Assembly: GCA_965213925.1 (NCBI GenBank)
Contig: OZ243927.1
Location: forward strand, 1,728,001 to 1,792,000
DNA from: Trueperaceae bacterium
GTDB lineage: Bacteria; Deinococcota; Deinococci; Deinococcales; Trueperaceae
Direction: 5' to 3'
DNA: 64,000 nt
This document shows positions 19,486 to 28,677 of the stretch, in pieces. The position numbers and the translations under genes were made by a program. Numbering within the stretch: the first letter of the stretch is position 1; each line of letters begins with the position of its first letter. A model generated the notes under the pieces. It did not search any database, was not told where the DNA came from, and saw only the letters and a program-made list of their open reading frames with translations.

Positions 19486-20421
19486 TCAAGCGACAAGCAG
19501 CTTCGCCACCGCCAAATCCTCCAACGCCACCCCGACCGACTTAAAGAGCGTCGTCACCTCTTCATTGCTACGTTTTGTGCGCCCTAGCACGAGGCTCGAG
19601 AGGTCACCCTTGACCTCTTCAAACGACCAGCCTTCTTGCGCCGCTTGGATGAGGTCACCCGCTTCGATTTTTGCAGCTTCTACGTCATCCACGAAAACTT
19701 CCGCACCTCTTACCGTCTCACTATCCGACTCGCGCATCTCGGGGACGAACGCGCCGACTAGGTCGATATGTTGTCCACCTCCCTGCTGTCTATCTCTCAA
19801 GAACTCAGCGCGGACGAGGGGTTGGCTCGAGGTCGTCGCCGCGCTCACCGTATCCGCTCGGCTCAAGACCTCTTCTAAGTTAGACGCCTCGCTAACCTCT
19901 ACGTCCGTAACCTCTTCTCGCACCTCTTTCACTGTCTGCGCCGCTTTGCTTTCGTCTCGTCCCCACACGAGAATCCGCTCGTACGCTCTCACTTGTGCGT
20001 GCGCCTGCGCCATGTAGGGCGCGAGCGAGCCCGTGCCGATGATGAGGAGCGTTTTGGCGTTCTCAGGTGCAAGATACCTCGCCGCTAACGCCGACGCGCC
20101 CGCCGTGCGGATGCGCGTCAAGACCGTGGCGGCGGCGCTCAGGACGGGCGTTCCGGTCGGGTTCATCAGCGTGTAGTGGGCTTGGACGGTGGGGAGGTCG
20201 CGGTTGGCGTTCGTGGGGACCACGCCGACCTGTTTCACGCCGAACCAGCCCTCGGCGTCGGCGCAGGGCATGGTGAGGTAGGAGCCCGCTTCGGGCGCAG
20301 GGATGACGACGCGCTCGGGGGAGAAGTAACGGTCCGGGTTCTGAAAGGCGGTTTCTAAGCTGCTCAGCACCGCGTCCCAAGAGAGCGCGGCGCGCACATC
20401 GCTGTCACTAAGAACGTTCAT
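19486..20421 (-). CDS. Ornithine cyclodeaminase / mu-crystallin family
   Basis: LTRIRTAGASALA, IIGTG, FKSVGVALEDL. Confidence 0.9.
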   Translation of the reverse strand: MNVLSDSDVRAALSWDAVLSSLETAFQNPDRYFSPERVVIPAPEAGSYLTMPCADAEGWFGVKQVGVVPTNANRDLPTVQAHYTLMNPTGTPVLSAAATVLTRIRTAGASALAARYLAPENAKTLLIIGTGSLAPYMAQAHAQVRAYERILVWGRDESKAAQTVKEVREEVTDVEVSEASNLEEVLSRADTVSAATTSSQPLVRAEFLRDRQQGGGQHIDLVGAFVPEMRESDSETVRGAEVFVDDVEAAKIEAGDLIQAAQEGWSFEEVKGDLSSLVLGRTKRSNEEVTTLFKSVGVALEDLAVAKLLVA

Positions 20422-20649
20422 GGCGACAGCTTAACGGATTGTAGTAGCAGGTATCATCTGGTCAGAGACACTCTCACTATATGAAGCAACGTTTCGCTTT
20501 GCGAAAAGTGCCTAACTAGCACGCACATTCGATGATGATACCTGCGACAATCTGTCTCAGTATGTCTTGGAACCGCTGTAGGAAGCGGCGTTCGCGCGTC
20601 GGGAAGCGACGTCCTTTTGAGAGGATAGTTGAAAGGGTAAGGTAAGTGC

Positions 20650-21339
20650 GTGTTCACCTTCCCAAAACCAGAAAGTTTGGACGAGGCGCGGCGCTTGCAA
20701 AAGGAGCTTGCGGCGCGGGTGAGGCTCGAGGGTCTCGCCCCCGTGCGCACCCTAGCCGCTCTGGACGCCTCCATGACGCAAGACGGGCCCATCATCGCCG
20801 CCGCCGTTCTTTGGGACGTCGCCGCGCAAGAGGTCAGAGAGGTCGGGCTCGCGGCGGTGGACCAGCGGGAGGTTTTCCCCTACCTCTCCGGCTTCCTCTC
20901 CTTCCGCGAAGCGCCCGCCTATCTGAGCGCGTTAGCCGAACTCTCGGAGCAGCCGGGGCTCTTGCTCGTAGACGGTCAAGGACTTGCGCACCCGAGGGGG
21001 CTCGGCATCGCGTCGCATTTAGGCGTTCATCTGGACCTGCCGAGCATCGGCGTGGCGAAAAGTCGGCTCTACGGAAAAGCTGCCGGAGATTTGAACGAAG
21101 AGGTCGGGAGCGCGGTGCCGCTAGGGGCGAAAGGGGCGCAGCTCGGCTGGGTGTACCGCTCGAGGACGAACGTCAAACCGCTCTACCTCTCGCCGGGGCA
21201 CAGGGTGGATATGCAGAGCGTTCTGGACTTCGTCCGCAGCTTGCCGGGCAAGACCAAGCTGCCCGAACCGCTGAGGCAAGCGCACAACTGGGCGGGCAGG
21301 GCGCGCAAAGAGGGGCTAAGAGGGCGCGTCAGCCCGTAA
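20650..21339 (+). CDS. nfi: Endonuclease V
   Basis: FPYLSGFLSFRE, VDGQGLAHPRGLGIASH, GVAKS, PLYLSPGH, KLPEP. Confidence 0.92.
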   Translation: MFTFPKPESLDEARRLQKELAARVRLEGLAPVRTLAALDASMTQDGPIIAAAVLWDVAAQEVREVGLAAVDQREVFPYLSGFLSFREAPAYLSALAELSEQPGLLLVDGQGLAHPRGLGIASHLGVHLDLPSIGVAKSRLYGKAAGDLNEEVGSAVPLGAKGAQLGWVYRSRTNVKPLYLSPGHRVDMQSVLDFVRSLPGKTKLPEPLRQAHNWAGRARKEGLRGRVSP

Positions 21340-21384
21340 CCTTCTCCTCATGCTGGCGTCACGCCCTAGGGTAAACTCGGAGCT

Positions 21385-21708
21385 ATGCGCGTTCTCGCCC
21401 TCGCCCTTTTTATCGCTCTAGTCGGCGTGCTCACCCTCTCGAACCCCACCACCGAAGCTTTCGCGCAGCGCTACGCCGACGAAATCAACCGCGACGTGGC
21501 GCAGGAGTTGGGGCTTTCAGGCAGCCTCGGCAACCTCTTAGGCAACGCGACCCAAGCGCTCATCGAGGAGGCGTTGGCGCAGGAGACGCGGCGCAACAAC
21601 TACGCGGTGGCGAGTGTCTTTAACGTGCCGCTTTCGGGGGAAGACTTGCGGGTTCTGGGCGTCGCAGGGCAGTTCATCCCGCTCAATCAGCCCGGTGAGC
21701 AGCAATGA
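21385..21708 (+). CDS. Small secreted/membrane protein (DUF4359-like)
   Basis: N-terminal TM then SNP; RNNYAVASVF...GVAGQF. Confidence 0.65.
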   Translation: MRVLALALFIALVGVLTLSNPTTEAFAQRYADEINRDVAQELGLSGSLGNLLGNATQALIEEALAQETRRNNYAVASVFNVPLSGEDLRVLGVAGQFIPLNQPGEQQ

Positions 21709-21729
21709 AGACACGAAGATTGCTCAGCG

Positions 21730-21963
21730 TCACTCCGCTTCGCCCTCCAACTCCAGCACGAACTCCTCCTCCCCCACGCGCACCACATCTCCCTCTCTAA
21801 GCTTGCGCTTGCGCCGCGTCTCCACCTCACCGTTGACCAACACCTCTCCGGCTTGAATCATCACTTTGGCGTGTCCGCCCGTCTCGGCTAAACCGGAGAG
21901 TTTGAGGGCGTCATTCAAGGTAATCGTTTCGACTTGCGCGTCTACACTGATATCCGAATCCAT
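21730..21963 (-). CDS. S4-domain RNA-binding protein (YbcJ/YaaA-like)
   Basis: ITLNDALK...TGGHAK...VNGEVETRRKRKL. Confidence 0.9.
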   Translation of the reverse strand: MDSDISVDAQVETITLNDALKLSGLAETGGHAKVMIQAGEVLVNGEVETRRKRKLREGDVVRVGEEEFVLELEGEAE

Positions 21964-21986
21964 GTGCTCAGTCTAGCCCGTCAAGT

Positions 21987-22712
21987 CTAGCTCGTGAGCA
22001 GTTGCACCGCAGGCGCGAGGAGTAAAATCCCAACAACGCGGTTAAAGGTGCGCTGCGGCACGCGCCCGAAAAAGAGCGAGCCGAGCCAGAGCCCCAAAAA
22101 CATCGGTACGATGAGCCCGACGCTCCACAGTAAAACGTTCGGCGTGTAGAGCCCGCGCAGGCTGTAGACCGCGACTTGCGAAGCGGAGCCGACCAGGAAG
22201 ACGTAGGTGAGAAGCAACCGAAAGTTTTCTTTAGGATAGCGCAGCCCGAGGTAGATGATGAGCGGCAGCGCGCCCGCCCCGACCGCTCCGACGATGAGAC
22301 CGCTGAGGCTCGAGACCACCAAAAGCCTCACCTGCTCACCTCTGTCTAAAAGAGGCCTTTCGTCGACTTGCCGCCCACCCCAAAGCTGATAACCACAAAA
22401 CCCGACGAGCGTCGCCCCGAGAATCTTCTGCAAGACCGCTTCGGGCAAAATGACGAGCAAGTTGCCGCCGAGCGCCACGCCGACGCCGAAGCCGATGGCG
22501 GCAGGAATGAAGCTCCGCTTAGGCAGTTGACCTCTTCCTGAAAAGGCGAGGGGAAGGTTCGAAAAGAAAAGGAGTGCGCCGCTGATAGGCACGACTTCGG
22601 TGAAGGGCAGAAAATAGCTGAAAACTGGGACCATCACGAGGGCGGGACCGAAGCCCGTCAAGCCTTTGATGACGAAGGCGAGAAGCGTGGTGAGAACGAA
22701 CGTGATAAGCAT
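21987..22712 (-). CDS. TauE/SafE family membrane exporter
   Basis: KGLTGFG motif, multiple TM helices. Confidence 0.8.
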   Translation of the reverse strand: MLITFVLTTLLAFVIKGLTGFGPALVMVPVFSYFLPFTEVVPISGALLFFSNLPLAFSGRGQLPKRSFIPAAIGFGVGVALGGNLLVILPEAVLQKILGATLVGFCGYQLWGGRQVDERPLLDRGEQVRLLVVSSLSGLIVGAVGAGALPLIIYLGLRYPKENFRLLLTYVFLVGSASQVAVYSLRGLYTPNVLLWSVGLIVPMFLGLWLGSLFFGRVPQRTFNRVVGILLLAPAVQLLTS

Positions 22713-22728
22713 GGTGTTAGAGATAGCG

Positions 22729-22806
22729 GTAGACAGTAGTCAGAATTCAGTAGACAGCCGTCAGCGTGAAAGCCCTACTGAATTCTGACCTCTGACCCCT
22801 GACTAC
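22729..22806. repeat. Heptamer-repeat hairpin
   Basis: 15-bp perfect inverted repeat GTCAGAATTCAGTAG (22739-22753) / CTACTGAATTCTGAC (22775-22789), plus CTCTGAC CCCTGAC units. Confidence 0.7.
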
Positions 22807-22813
22807 CTCTAGC

Positions 22814-23662
22814 CTACGGCTCCACGATAGATGGCGCAGCCGGATACGATCCCAAGAACTTCACGAACGCCGCTTTCCTCATAAGCCCGGTCATCGCGTT
22901 TTGCACGTTCTCGTCGTCTAAATGCCCTTCGATGTCGATATAGAAGAGGTAGCTCCAGGGCTTGTCGCGGCGCGGGCGGGACTCGAGCTTCGTCATGTTG
23001 ATGCCGTACACGGGGAACTGCTCCAAGCACGCCACCAAGTCGCCGGGGCGGTGGCGCGTGGCGATGACCAAACTCGACTTATGCTTGCCTTCGCCTTTGG
23101 GTTTCTCGTCGGGTCCCAAAATAAAAAAGCGCGTGTAGTTAAAGTCCACGTCTTCGATGTGCTCACGCAGAATCTCTAACCCGTAGATTTCGGCGGCGCG
23201 TTTGGAGGCAATCGCGGCTTTGCCCTCACCTCCGTTGTCCGCTAAGAGTTTGGCTGCGCCTGCGGTGTCGAAATCGGTAACAGCTTCCATATGGTGCTTT
23301 GCTAAAAACGCCTGGCACTGCGCCAGGGCCTGTGGGTGGCTGTAGACGCGCTTAACCTCTTCTAGTTTGGTGCCGGGTTTCGCTAAGAGGTTGTGGTGGA
23401 CGCGCACGATCTGCTCACCGACCACGTGCAAGACCGAGTCGGTCAAGAGGTCATAGGTCTGGTTGATGGAGCCTGCGAGCGAGTTCTCGACGGGCAAGCA
23501 GGCGAAGTCGCAGCTTTCCGTGACGGTGGCTTGAAACGCCTCTTTGAAGGTGTGAAAGCCGATAGTCTCGCCGTCCGGGGCGAACTGCAAGGACGCCTCT
23601 TCGCTGAACGCGCCGGAGATGCCCTGATAGGCGATGCGGGGGACTTTTTGCGTGACGCTCAT
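22814..23662 (-). CDS. pheA: Prephenate dehydratase
   Basis: AYQG..GAFSEEA, PVENS, SHPQALAQC, NYTRF, LESRP ACT domain. Confidence 0.95.
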   Translation of the reverse strand: MSVTQKVPRIAYQGISGAFSEEASLQFAPDGETIGFHTFKEAFQATVTESCDFACLPVENSLAGSINQTYDLLTDSVLHVVGEQIVRVHHNLLAKPGTKLEEVKRVYSHPQALAQCQAFLAKHHMEAVTDFDTAGAAKLLADNGGEGKAAIASKRAAEIYGLEILREHIEDVDFNYTRFFILGPDEKPKGEGKHKSSLVIATRHRPGDLVACLEQFPVYGINMTKLESRPRRDKPWSYLFYIDIEGHLDDENVQNAMTGLMRKAAFVKFLGSYPAAPSIVEP

Positions 23663-23974
23663 GGAGTAGCAGTGTAACAGGAGAGGAGCACTTCAGCTAG
23701 TCAGCCGGTCGGCGTGGCAGGTTCTCTTGCCCTGTTACGAAGTTTTCGGGTTACACAGTTTCCGCGCAGGCGGAACGAAACTAGCTGACACGCTCTTTTA
23801 CCCTTGCAGCAAAATCCATGCTTCTCAAAGGAGAAGGGGCTGAACGGTCTAAGCGTGCGCTCGGTCCTTTCTCCCCGCTTCGCAACCCCGCGGAAAGTTC
23901 TTTGAGACATTCTAAAAGTCGGTTGAGCGGGCGCGCACGACCTCGCATTCCTCTATTGCCGAAGTGTCCGCGGG

Positions 23975-24841
23975 TTATATCGAATGCTGCTCGCTGTGCG
24001 CTTCGTCATCCTCGGGGCGTTTCAGCGTGATGAGGGTGAGTTCGGGCATGCAGAAGATGCGTAGGGGCACCAAGCTAAAGCCGATGCCGCGGTTTACGTA
24101 GAGGCTGTTGCCCGCGTTGGCGTGCGACGTGATCCAGTCGTCGTCGTACACTTCTCCGTCGCGGACGCGAGTCAGCAGCGACCAGCCAGGCGCTTTAGGC
24201 AGGCTGATCTGCCCGCCGTGCGTGTGCCCGGCGACGGCTAAGGGCGCGCTATGAGCCGGAAAAGCGGTGAACGAACTCGGGTGGTGCATCAGGACGAGAC
24301 GAGGCGCGTCCTGGTCCAGGTGCGCCAACGCCAACGCCGGGCTATCCTCGCCGGGCGTGTGCGCCCCAATTCCGACGAGGTAGAGCGGGTTGTCGGCAGC
24401 AGCGCCGGGTAACGGTAGTGCCGCAACTTCGTTGTGCATAACCTTGACGCCAATGTCCTCTAACGCCCTGTGCAAGTCCGCCGCAAGTTGCTTGTCCGGC
24501 TGGTCATCTTTGGTCGGTTGGGCGTAGTCGTGGTTGCCGAAAACGGCGTAGGTGGGTAGTCCGGCGTCGACGAGCGGCTTAGTCAGTTGGACGGCTTCGG
24601 GAATCGCGGTGCGTTTGTCGTAGATAAAGTCGCCCGCGATCAGCACGCAAGCCGGGCGCTCCTCGATGATCTTGCGGACGATGCGGCGGATCGTCGGCGT
24701 GTTGTGCAGCCACATGCCGACCTGAAAGTCCGCGATGAGCGCGACGCGCTCGCCCCGCCACGCAGCCGGTAAGCGCGGGATGAAACCCTCTTTTTCCTGT
24801 ACGTCGATAAAATAGGGCTCGATAAGACCCCATAGAAGCAA
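23975..24841 (-). CDS. Metallophosphoesterase (YkuE-like); true start uncertain
   Basis: ADFQ, AGDF, GNHD, GHTHGGQ, NRGIG motifs. Confidence 0.85.
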   Translation of the reverse strand: MLLWGLIEPYFIDVQEKEGFIPRLPAAWRGERVALIADFQVGMWLHNTPTIRRIVRKIIEERPACVLIAGDFIYDKRTAIPEAVQLTKPLVDAGLPTYAVFGNHDYAQPTKDDQPDKQLAADLHRALEDIGVKVMHNEVAALPLPGAAADNPLYLVGIGAHTPGEDSPALALAHLDQDAPRLVLMHHPSSFTAFPAHSAPLAVAGHTHGGQISLPKAPGWSLLTRVRDGEVYDDDWITSHANAGNSLYVNRGIGFSLVPLRIFCMPELTLITLKRPEDDEAHSEQHSI

Positions 24842-25134
24842 GCCTAGTACGAGCGCTAGAAAGCCGAGTAGTACGGTGGCGATGGCGATGACATACCCCT
24901 TTCGCTCGTTACAGTCAAGTTAAGCGGAGCGCGCGGTGTTAAAGCAATAGAAGACGATACAACAAAAGTCAGATTTAAGACCCGGCGCGGCGCGATATTC
25001 ATCTCACAGTAAGCTTAGCGGCGTGCCAAATGCACCGTTAAATCTTTCACAACCCTATAAGCTAGGAGTGTGAGACTATACACATAGCACCAACGTATTT
25101 GGAGCAGTGCCTCGAGCGCTTTGGGAGGAGAAAG

Positions 25135-26082
25135 ATGAATAGACCCCTACGATTAACCTACGCAGTGATCCTTTTAGTCGTCCTCGCCGCGTGCGGCGAA
25201 GTGGATTCGGAGCCCGCCGTCGTTACCGAAGCTCCGGTCATCAGCAGTTTTAGCGCCTCGCCGAATACGCTCGAGCCCGGACAGAGCAGCACGCTCACCT
25301 GGGAGCTAGCCGGGGGTGAAGCGACTTCCGTCACGGTTGATAACGACGCCACAATCATCGGAAGCAGCGCAAGCGTTTCACCTAGTGAGACCACGACGTA
25401 TACGCTTACTGTTCAGAACGAGGGTGGCATTGACTCAAAGACGCAAACAGTTGATGTAACCCCCTCGGACGATCCCACACCCGCGCCGCCTATTAGTGCC
25501 CCTATAATCGAAAGCTTCACCGCGACGCCGGACATGCTCGAGGCAGGTCAAAGTAGCACCCTTACGTGGACCTTGTCAGGGGATGAAGCGACCTCTATAA
25601 CCATCGACAACGGTGTGGGCGAGGTGACAGGAGATACCGCCGAAGTCTCTCCCACCGCGACGACGACGTATACGCTCACTGCGACGAACGAGGGCGGTGA
25701 CGACACGGAGACCGTGACCGTCGTCGTGAGCGAAGCCGCTATCGTCCCGCCTAGTGATGACGACACGATCGAGGCGGCAGACGTAGAGATTACCGGGGAG
25801 ACGGACGGCGTCACCATCGACGGACCGTTCGTCATCATCGACGTGGGTTATATCCTCGGCAGCGCGACCTATCCCGAAGCGGGCTACAGCGCGCCTGAGC
25901 TGAGTATTCCGTCGGACACAACGGCGAACGGCACCGTTTTCGCAGAAGATGGTGAGATTTTCTACCTGTCGGACGGGGAGGATATCAGCGCAGACTCGTT
26001 CGAGTACACGCTCTCTGTCACGAACGAGAGCACGGGGGAGGCGCTCGAGGACGGAGGAACCATCACGCTAGACGTGCAGTAG
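25135..26082 (+). CDS. Acidic surface lipoprotein with tandem Ig-like repeats
   Basis: Lipobox LAA-C; two repeats of PxIxSFxA.P..L..GQSSTLTW...TTTYTLT..N.GG; GGAGGAG SD. Confidence 0.85.
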   Translation: MNRPLRLTYAVILLVVLAACGEVDSEPAVVTEAPVISSFSASPNTLEPGQSSTLTWELAGGEATSVTVDNDATIIGSSASVSPSETTTYTLTVQNEGGIDSKTQTVDVTPSDDPTPAPPISAPIIESFTATPDMLEAGQSSTLTWTLSGDEATSITIDNGVGEVTGDTAEVSPTATTTYTLTATNEGGDDTETVTVVVSEAAIVPPSDDDTIEAADVEITGETDGVTIDGPFVIIDVGYILGSATYPEAGYSAPELSIPSDTTANGTVFAEDGEIFYLSDGEDISADSFEYTLSVTNESTGEALEDGGTITLDVQ

Positions 26083-26100
26083 TCGCTTAACCAATAGTGT

Positions 26101-26131
26101 AGAGGGTGAGCAACCGCTCGCCCTCTTTCTA
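26101..26131 (+). terminator. Intrinsic terminator
   Basis: AGAGGGTGAGC-AACC-GCTCGCCCTCT followed by a T-rich tract. Confidence 0.65.
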
Positions 26132-26161
26132 TTTACCCTCTTTCTATTTAGTCGCACTCGC

Positions 26162-26202
26162 AAACCTCACGAAACCTTCGTCAAACCTTCATGAACCTTC
26201 AT
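26162..26202 (+). promoter_or_regulatory. Four phased AACC(T)TCR direct repeats, putative regulator-binding site
   Basis: AACC at 26163, 26173, 26184, 26194, upstream of the second lipoprotein gene. Confidence 0.5.
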
Positions 26203-26361
26203 TTTCTCATCACTATTTGTTATTTTGGGGTATCCGCGTTGCCCTTATGGGGCAGGTATAATTGCGCAACCTTACCCTCTACGTTCGTTGACGCTCACTG
26301 TCACTGACAGTCTACACGCGGCGTGTTCGTAGAGGCGTAGACTTGAGGATTGGAGGTCTTC

Positions 26362-28473
26362 ATGCGACAATTCCACCGATGTTTCTTCTTACTCGTGCTC
26401 ATCGTTTTGGCGTCATGTGACGAGATAGAGGGCGGCGACAACGTCGTAGACGACGGCAGCCCGACTATCGTGAGTTTTACGCCCTCTCCCGGCGAGGTGA
26501 ACCCCGGCGAAAGCGCCACGCTCTCGTGGAGCGTCAGCGACGCGACGTCCATCGTTATAGATAACGGCATCGGCGACGTAACCTCGGACGCGGACAATCA
26601 GTTCACCGTAACGCCTACACAGACGACGACCTACACCCTGACCGCGACGAACGCGCAAGGTGAAGACGTCGAGCAAGCGAGGGTCGTCGTGAGCGGCGAT
26701 ACGCCGCCCCCACCCCCACCCGGTCAGGACACCGCCGCGCCCACAGGTAGCTTCGGCGTGAGCGAGACGCAAGGTGGGCCCTTCCAGAACGACGAAGCCA
26801 GCAACATTCAAGACGCTTCCGACGATCGCATCGTCGCAGTCCAGCCCGGCAATACGTTCTACGCCCAGGTCGATTACAGCGATCCGAGTGGCATCACGGA
26901 CATCAACATCAGCCTCGTCAACAGCGACCCGCCCAACATCAGGGGCGAACTCGACCCGAGCGACCCCCAGCTAGGCTACTTCACCAAGGGTGAGCCCGTA
27001 GGACCCTGCACGCTCTCGAGCACCCAAACCGACGTGACCTGCGTCTATCCGATCACGGTCTCAGACGACGCGGTCAACATCACCGAACTCGACAACCCCG
27101 ACGACGAGTTCGCCTACGTGTTCCGCACGCTCGTGACGGACGGCGCGGGGAACACGTCCGAAGAGCTTATCCGGGGTTATGTGATTGTGGACGGCGACGG
27201 CGATCCGACTGATCCGACCGACCCGACTGATCCCACAGACCCGACCGACCCGACTGACCCTACAGACCCGACTGATCCGACTGATCCGCCCGAGGAGAAT
27301 AGCGCTCCGGAGGTGAGCATCGAACAGGTTGATGAGCTGACGCTGAACGACGACGGCACGGTGACGACGAGCTTAGACGCCACCGTGACCGACGAGGAGA
27401 ACGACACGCTCAGGTATCAGTGGAGCCTCACGCAAGGTAACTTCAACAACGTGACCTTCGCGGCAGAGACGAACGTAGACACGGACGTTACTTTTAACTC
27501 AGCGGGAGAATACACCTTACAGCTCACGGCGACCGATGTAAACGATGACGGGAGCTTCGGCTCCGGTACGGTGGACGTTACCGTTGTGGGCGGTGACTCA
27601 GCCGAGCCACCTCCACCCGCTAATCAAGAACCTGTTGCTGACTTCTCCTGGCAGCAACAGGAAGGGTCGCTCAACGTCCGGTTCAACGCTTCATCGTCCA
27701 GTGACCCTGACGGTACAATCGATTTGTACAGTTGGGACTTCGGCGACGGAAGCAACACGACGACGGACGGGGCTGTTTTCACCAAGACATACAGCGAAGC
27801 CGGTGACTACGAGGTTTCGCTGACCGTCACGGATGATGGCAGCGCGACGAGCGCGGCGAATACGCAGACCGTCACGGTCGAAGAGGTCGACGCGGACGAA
27901 GCACCCGAAATCGTCTTCTTCACCGCCAACCCGAACCCCGCTGCTCCTGACGAGGAGGTCACGCTCGCCTGGGAGATAGATGGCGAGGTGACGTCACTCA
28001 CGACGCTGGATTTGGAAAACGACAGCGATAGGGACGTGACGGGTGAGACGAGCACGGTCGTGCAGGTGCCAACAAGCCGAACGTTTAGGCTTATTGCTGC
28101 CTATGGCGACGGTGAAGAAGTAACTGAAGACGTCACTCTGAATATCAGCGAGGGCGCTGTCGTACCGCCTGACGACGCCCTCGACGCCGTCAATGACGAG
28201 GTCCCGGAAGCTGGGGAGGAAATGTCTGACACGTATGAGGTCGACGTTATCGTCAATGACACCTATCCGGAGAGTGAGTTTCCCAACATCTCAGTGGCGA
28301 GCCTGCCCGCGAACGGCGAAGCTTACGAAGACGACGACAAGATTTACTATGTAGCGAACGACGGCTTTAATGGTGTCGATACCTTCGAGTACAAGCTTAC
28401 GCTAACGGACCGACAGGCTGGCACCGTGCTTTCTGACACGGCGACCGTCACTGTCAACGTGGGACAGAACTAA
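26362..28473 (+). CDS. Acidic surface lipoprotein with Ig-like/PKD domains and a (DPT)n linker
   Basis: Lipobox LAS-C; PKD motif YSWDFGDG; Ig-like repeats; C-terminal Big_9-like AVND...DTFEY segment. Confidence 0.85.
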   Translation: MRQFHRCFFLLVLIVLASCDEIEGGDNVVDDGSPTIVSFTPSPGEVNPGESATLSWSVSDATSIVIDNGIGDVTSDADNQFTVTPTQTTTYTLTATNAQGEDVEQARVVVSGDTPPPPPPGQDTAAPTGSFGVSETQGGPFQNDEASNIQDASDDRIVAVQPGNTFYAQVDYSDPSGITDINISLVNSDPPNIRGELDPSDPQLGYFTKGEPVGPCTLSSTQTDVTCVYPITVSDDAVNITELDNPDDEFAYVFRTLVTDGAGNTSEELIRGYVIVDGDGDPTDPTDPTDPTDPTDPTDPTDPTDPTDPPEENSAPEVSIEQVDELTLNDDGTVTTSLDATVTDEENDTLRYQWSLTQGNFNNVTFAAETNVDTDVTFNSAGEYTLQLTATDVNDDGSFGSGTVDVTVVGGDSAEPPPPANQEPVADFSWQQQEGSLNVRFNASSSSDPDGTIDLYSWDFGDGSNTTTDGAVFTKTYSEAGDYEVSLTVTDDGSATSAANTQTVTVEEVDADEAPEIVFFTANPNPAAPDEEVTLAWEIDGEVTSLTTLDLENDSDRDVTGETSTVVQVPTSRTFRLIAAYGDGEEVTEDVTLNISEGAVVPPDDALDAVNDEVPEAGEEMSDTYEVDVIVNDTYPESEFPNISVASLPANGEAYEDDDKIYYVANDGFNGVDTFEYKLTLTDRQAGTVLSDTATVTVNVGQN
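27202..27288 (+). repeat. Coding 9-bp tandem repeat (DPT)x9 + DP
   Basis: GAY-CCN-ACN units with synonymous variation. Confidence 0.9.
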
Positions 28474-28495
28474 TACGGATTCGGCTCAACCCCTC

Positions 28496-28547
28496 AGCAC
28501 TTAGGAAAGACCATACCGCTCCGTCGGTATGGTCTTTCCTAAGTGCT
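28496..28547. terminator. 23-bp perfect inverted repeat between convergent genes
   Basis: AGCACTTAGGAAAGACCATACCG-CTCCGT-CGGTATGGTCTTTCCTAAGTGCT. Confidence 0.75.
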
Positions 28548-28677
28548 AAAGCGTATTACCCAGGTTAGAGCACCGTTCGTTTGCTGCGCAAGACCGTTCT
28601 ACGTGAGGACTTACGTACACCAGCCCTGTGCCCCGTATGGGGTATGACTGGACTCAAAGGTCGTTCATTCCCGGAAG

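Noticed and set aside
27202..27288. 9-bp repeat as a non-coding array
   Set aside because: In frame within a CDS with synonymous variation.
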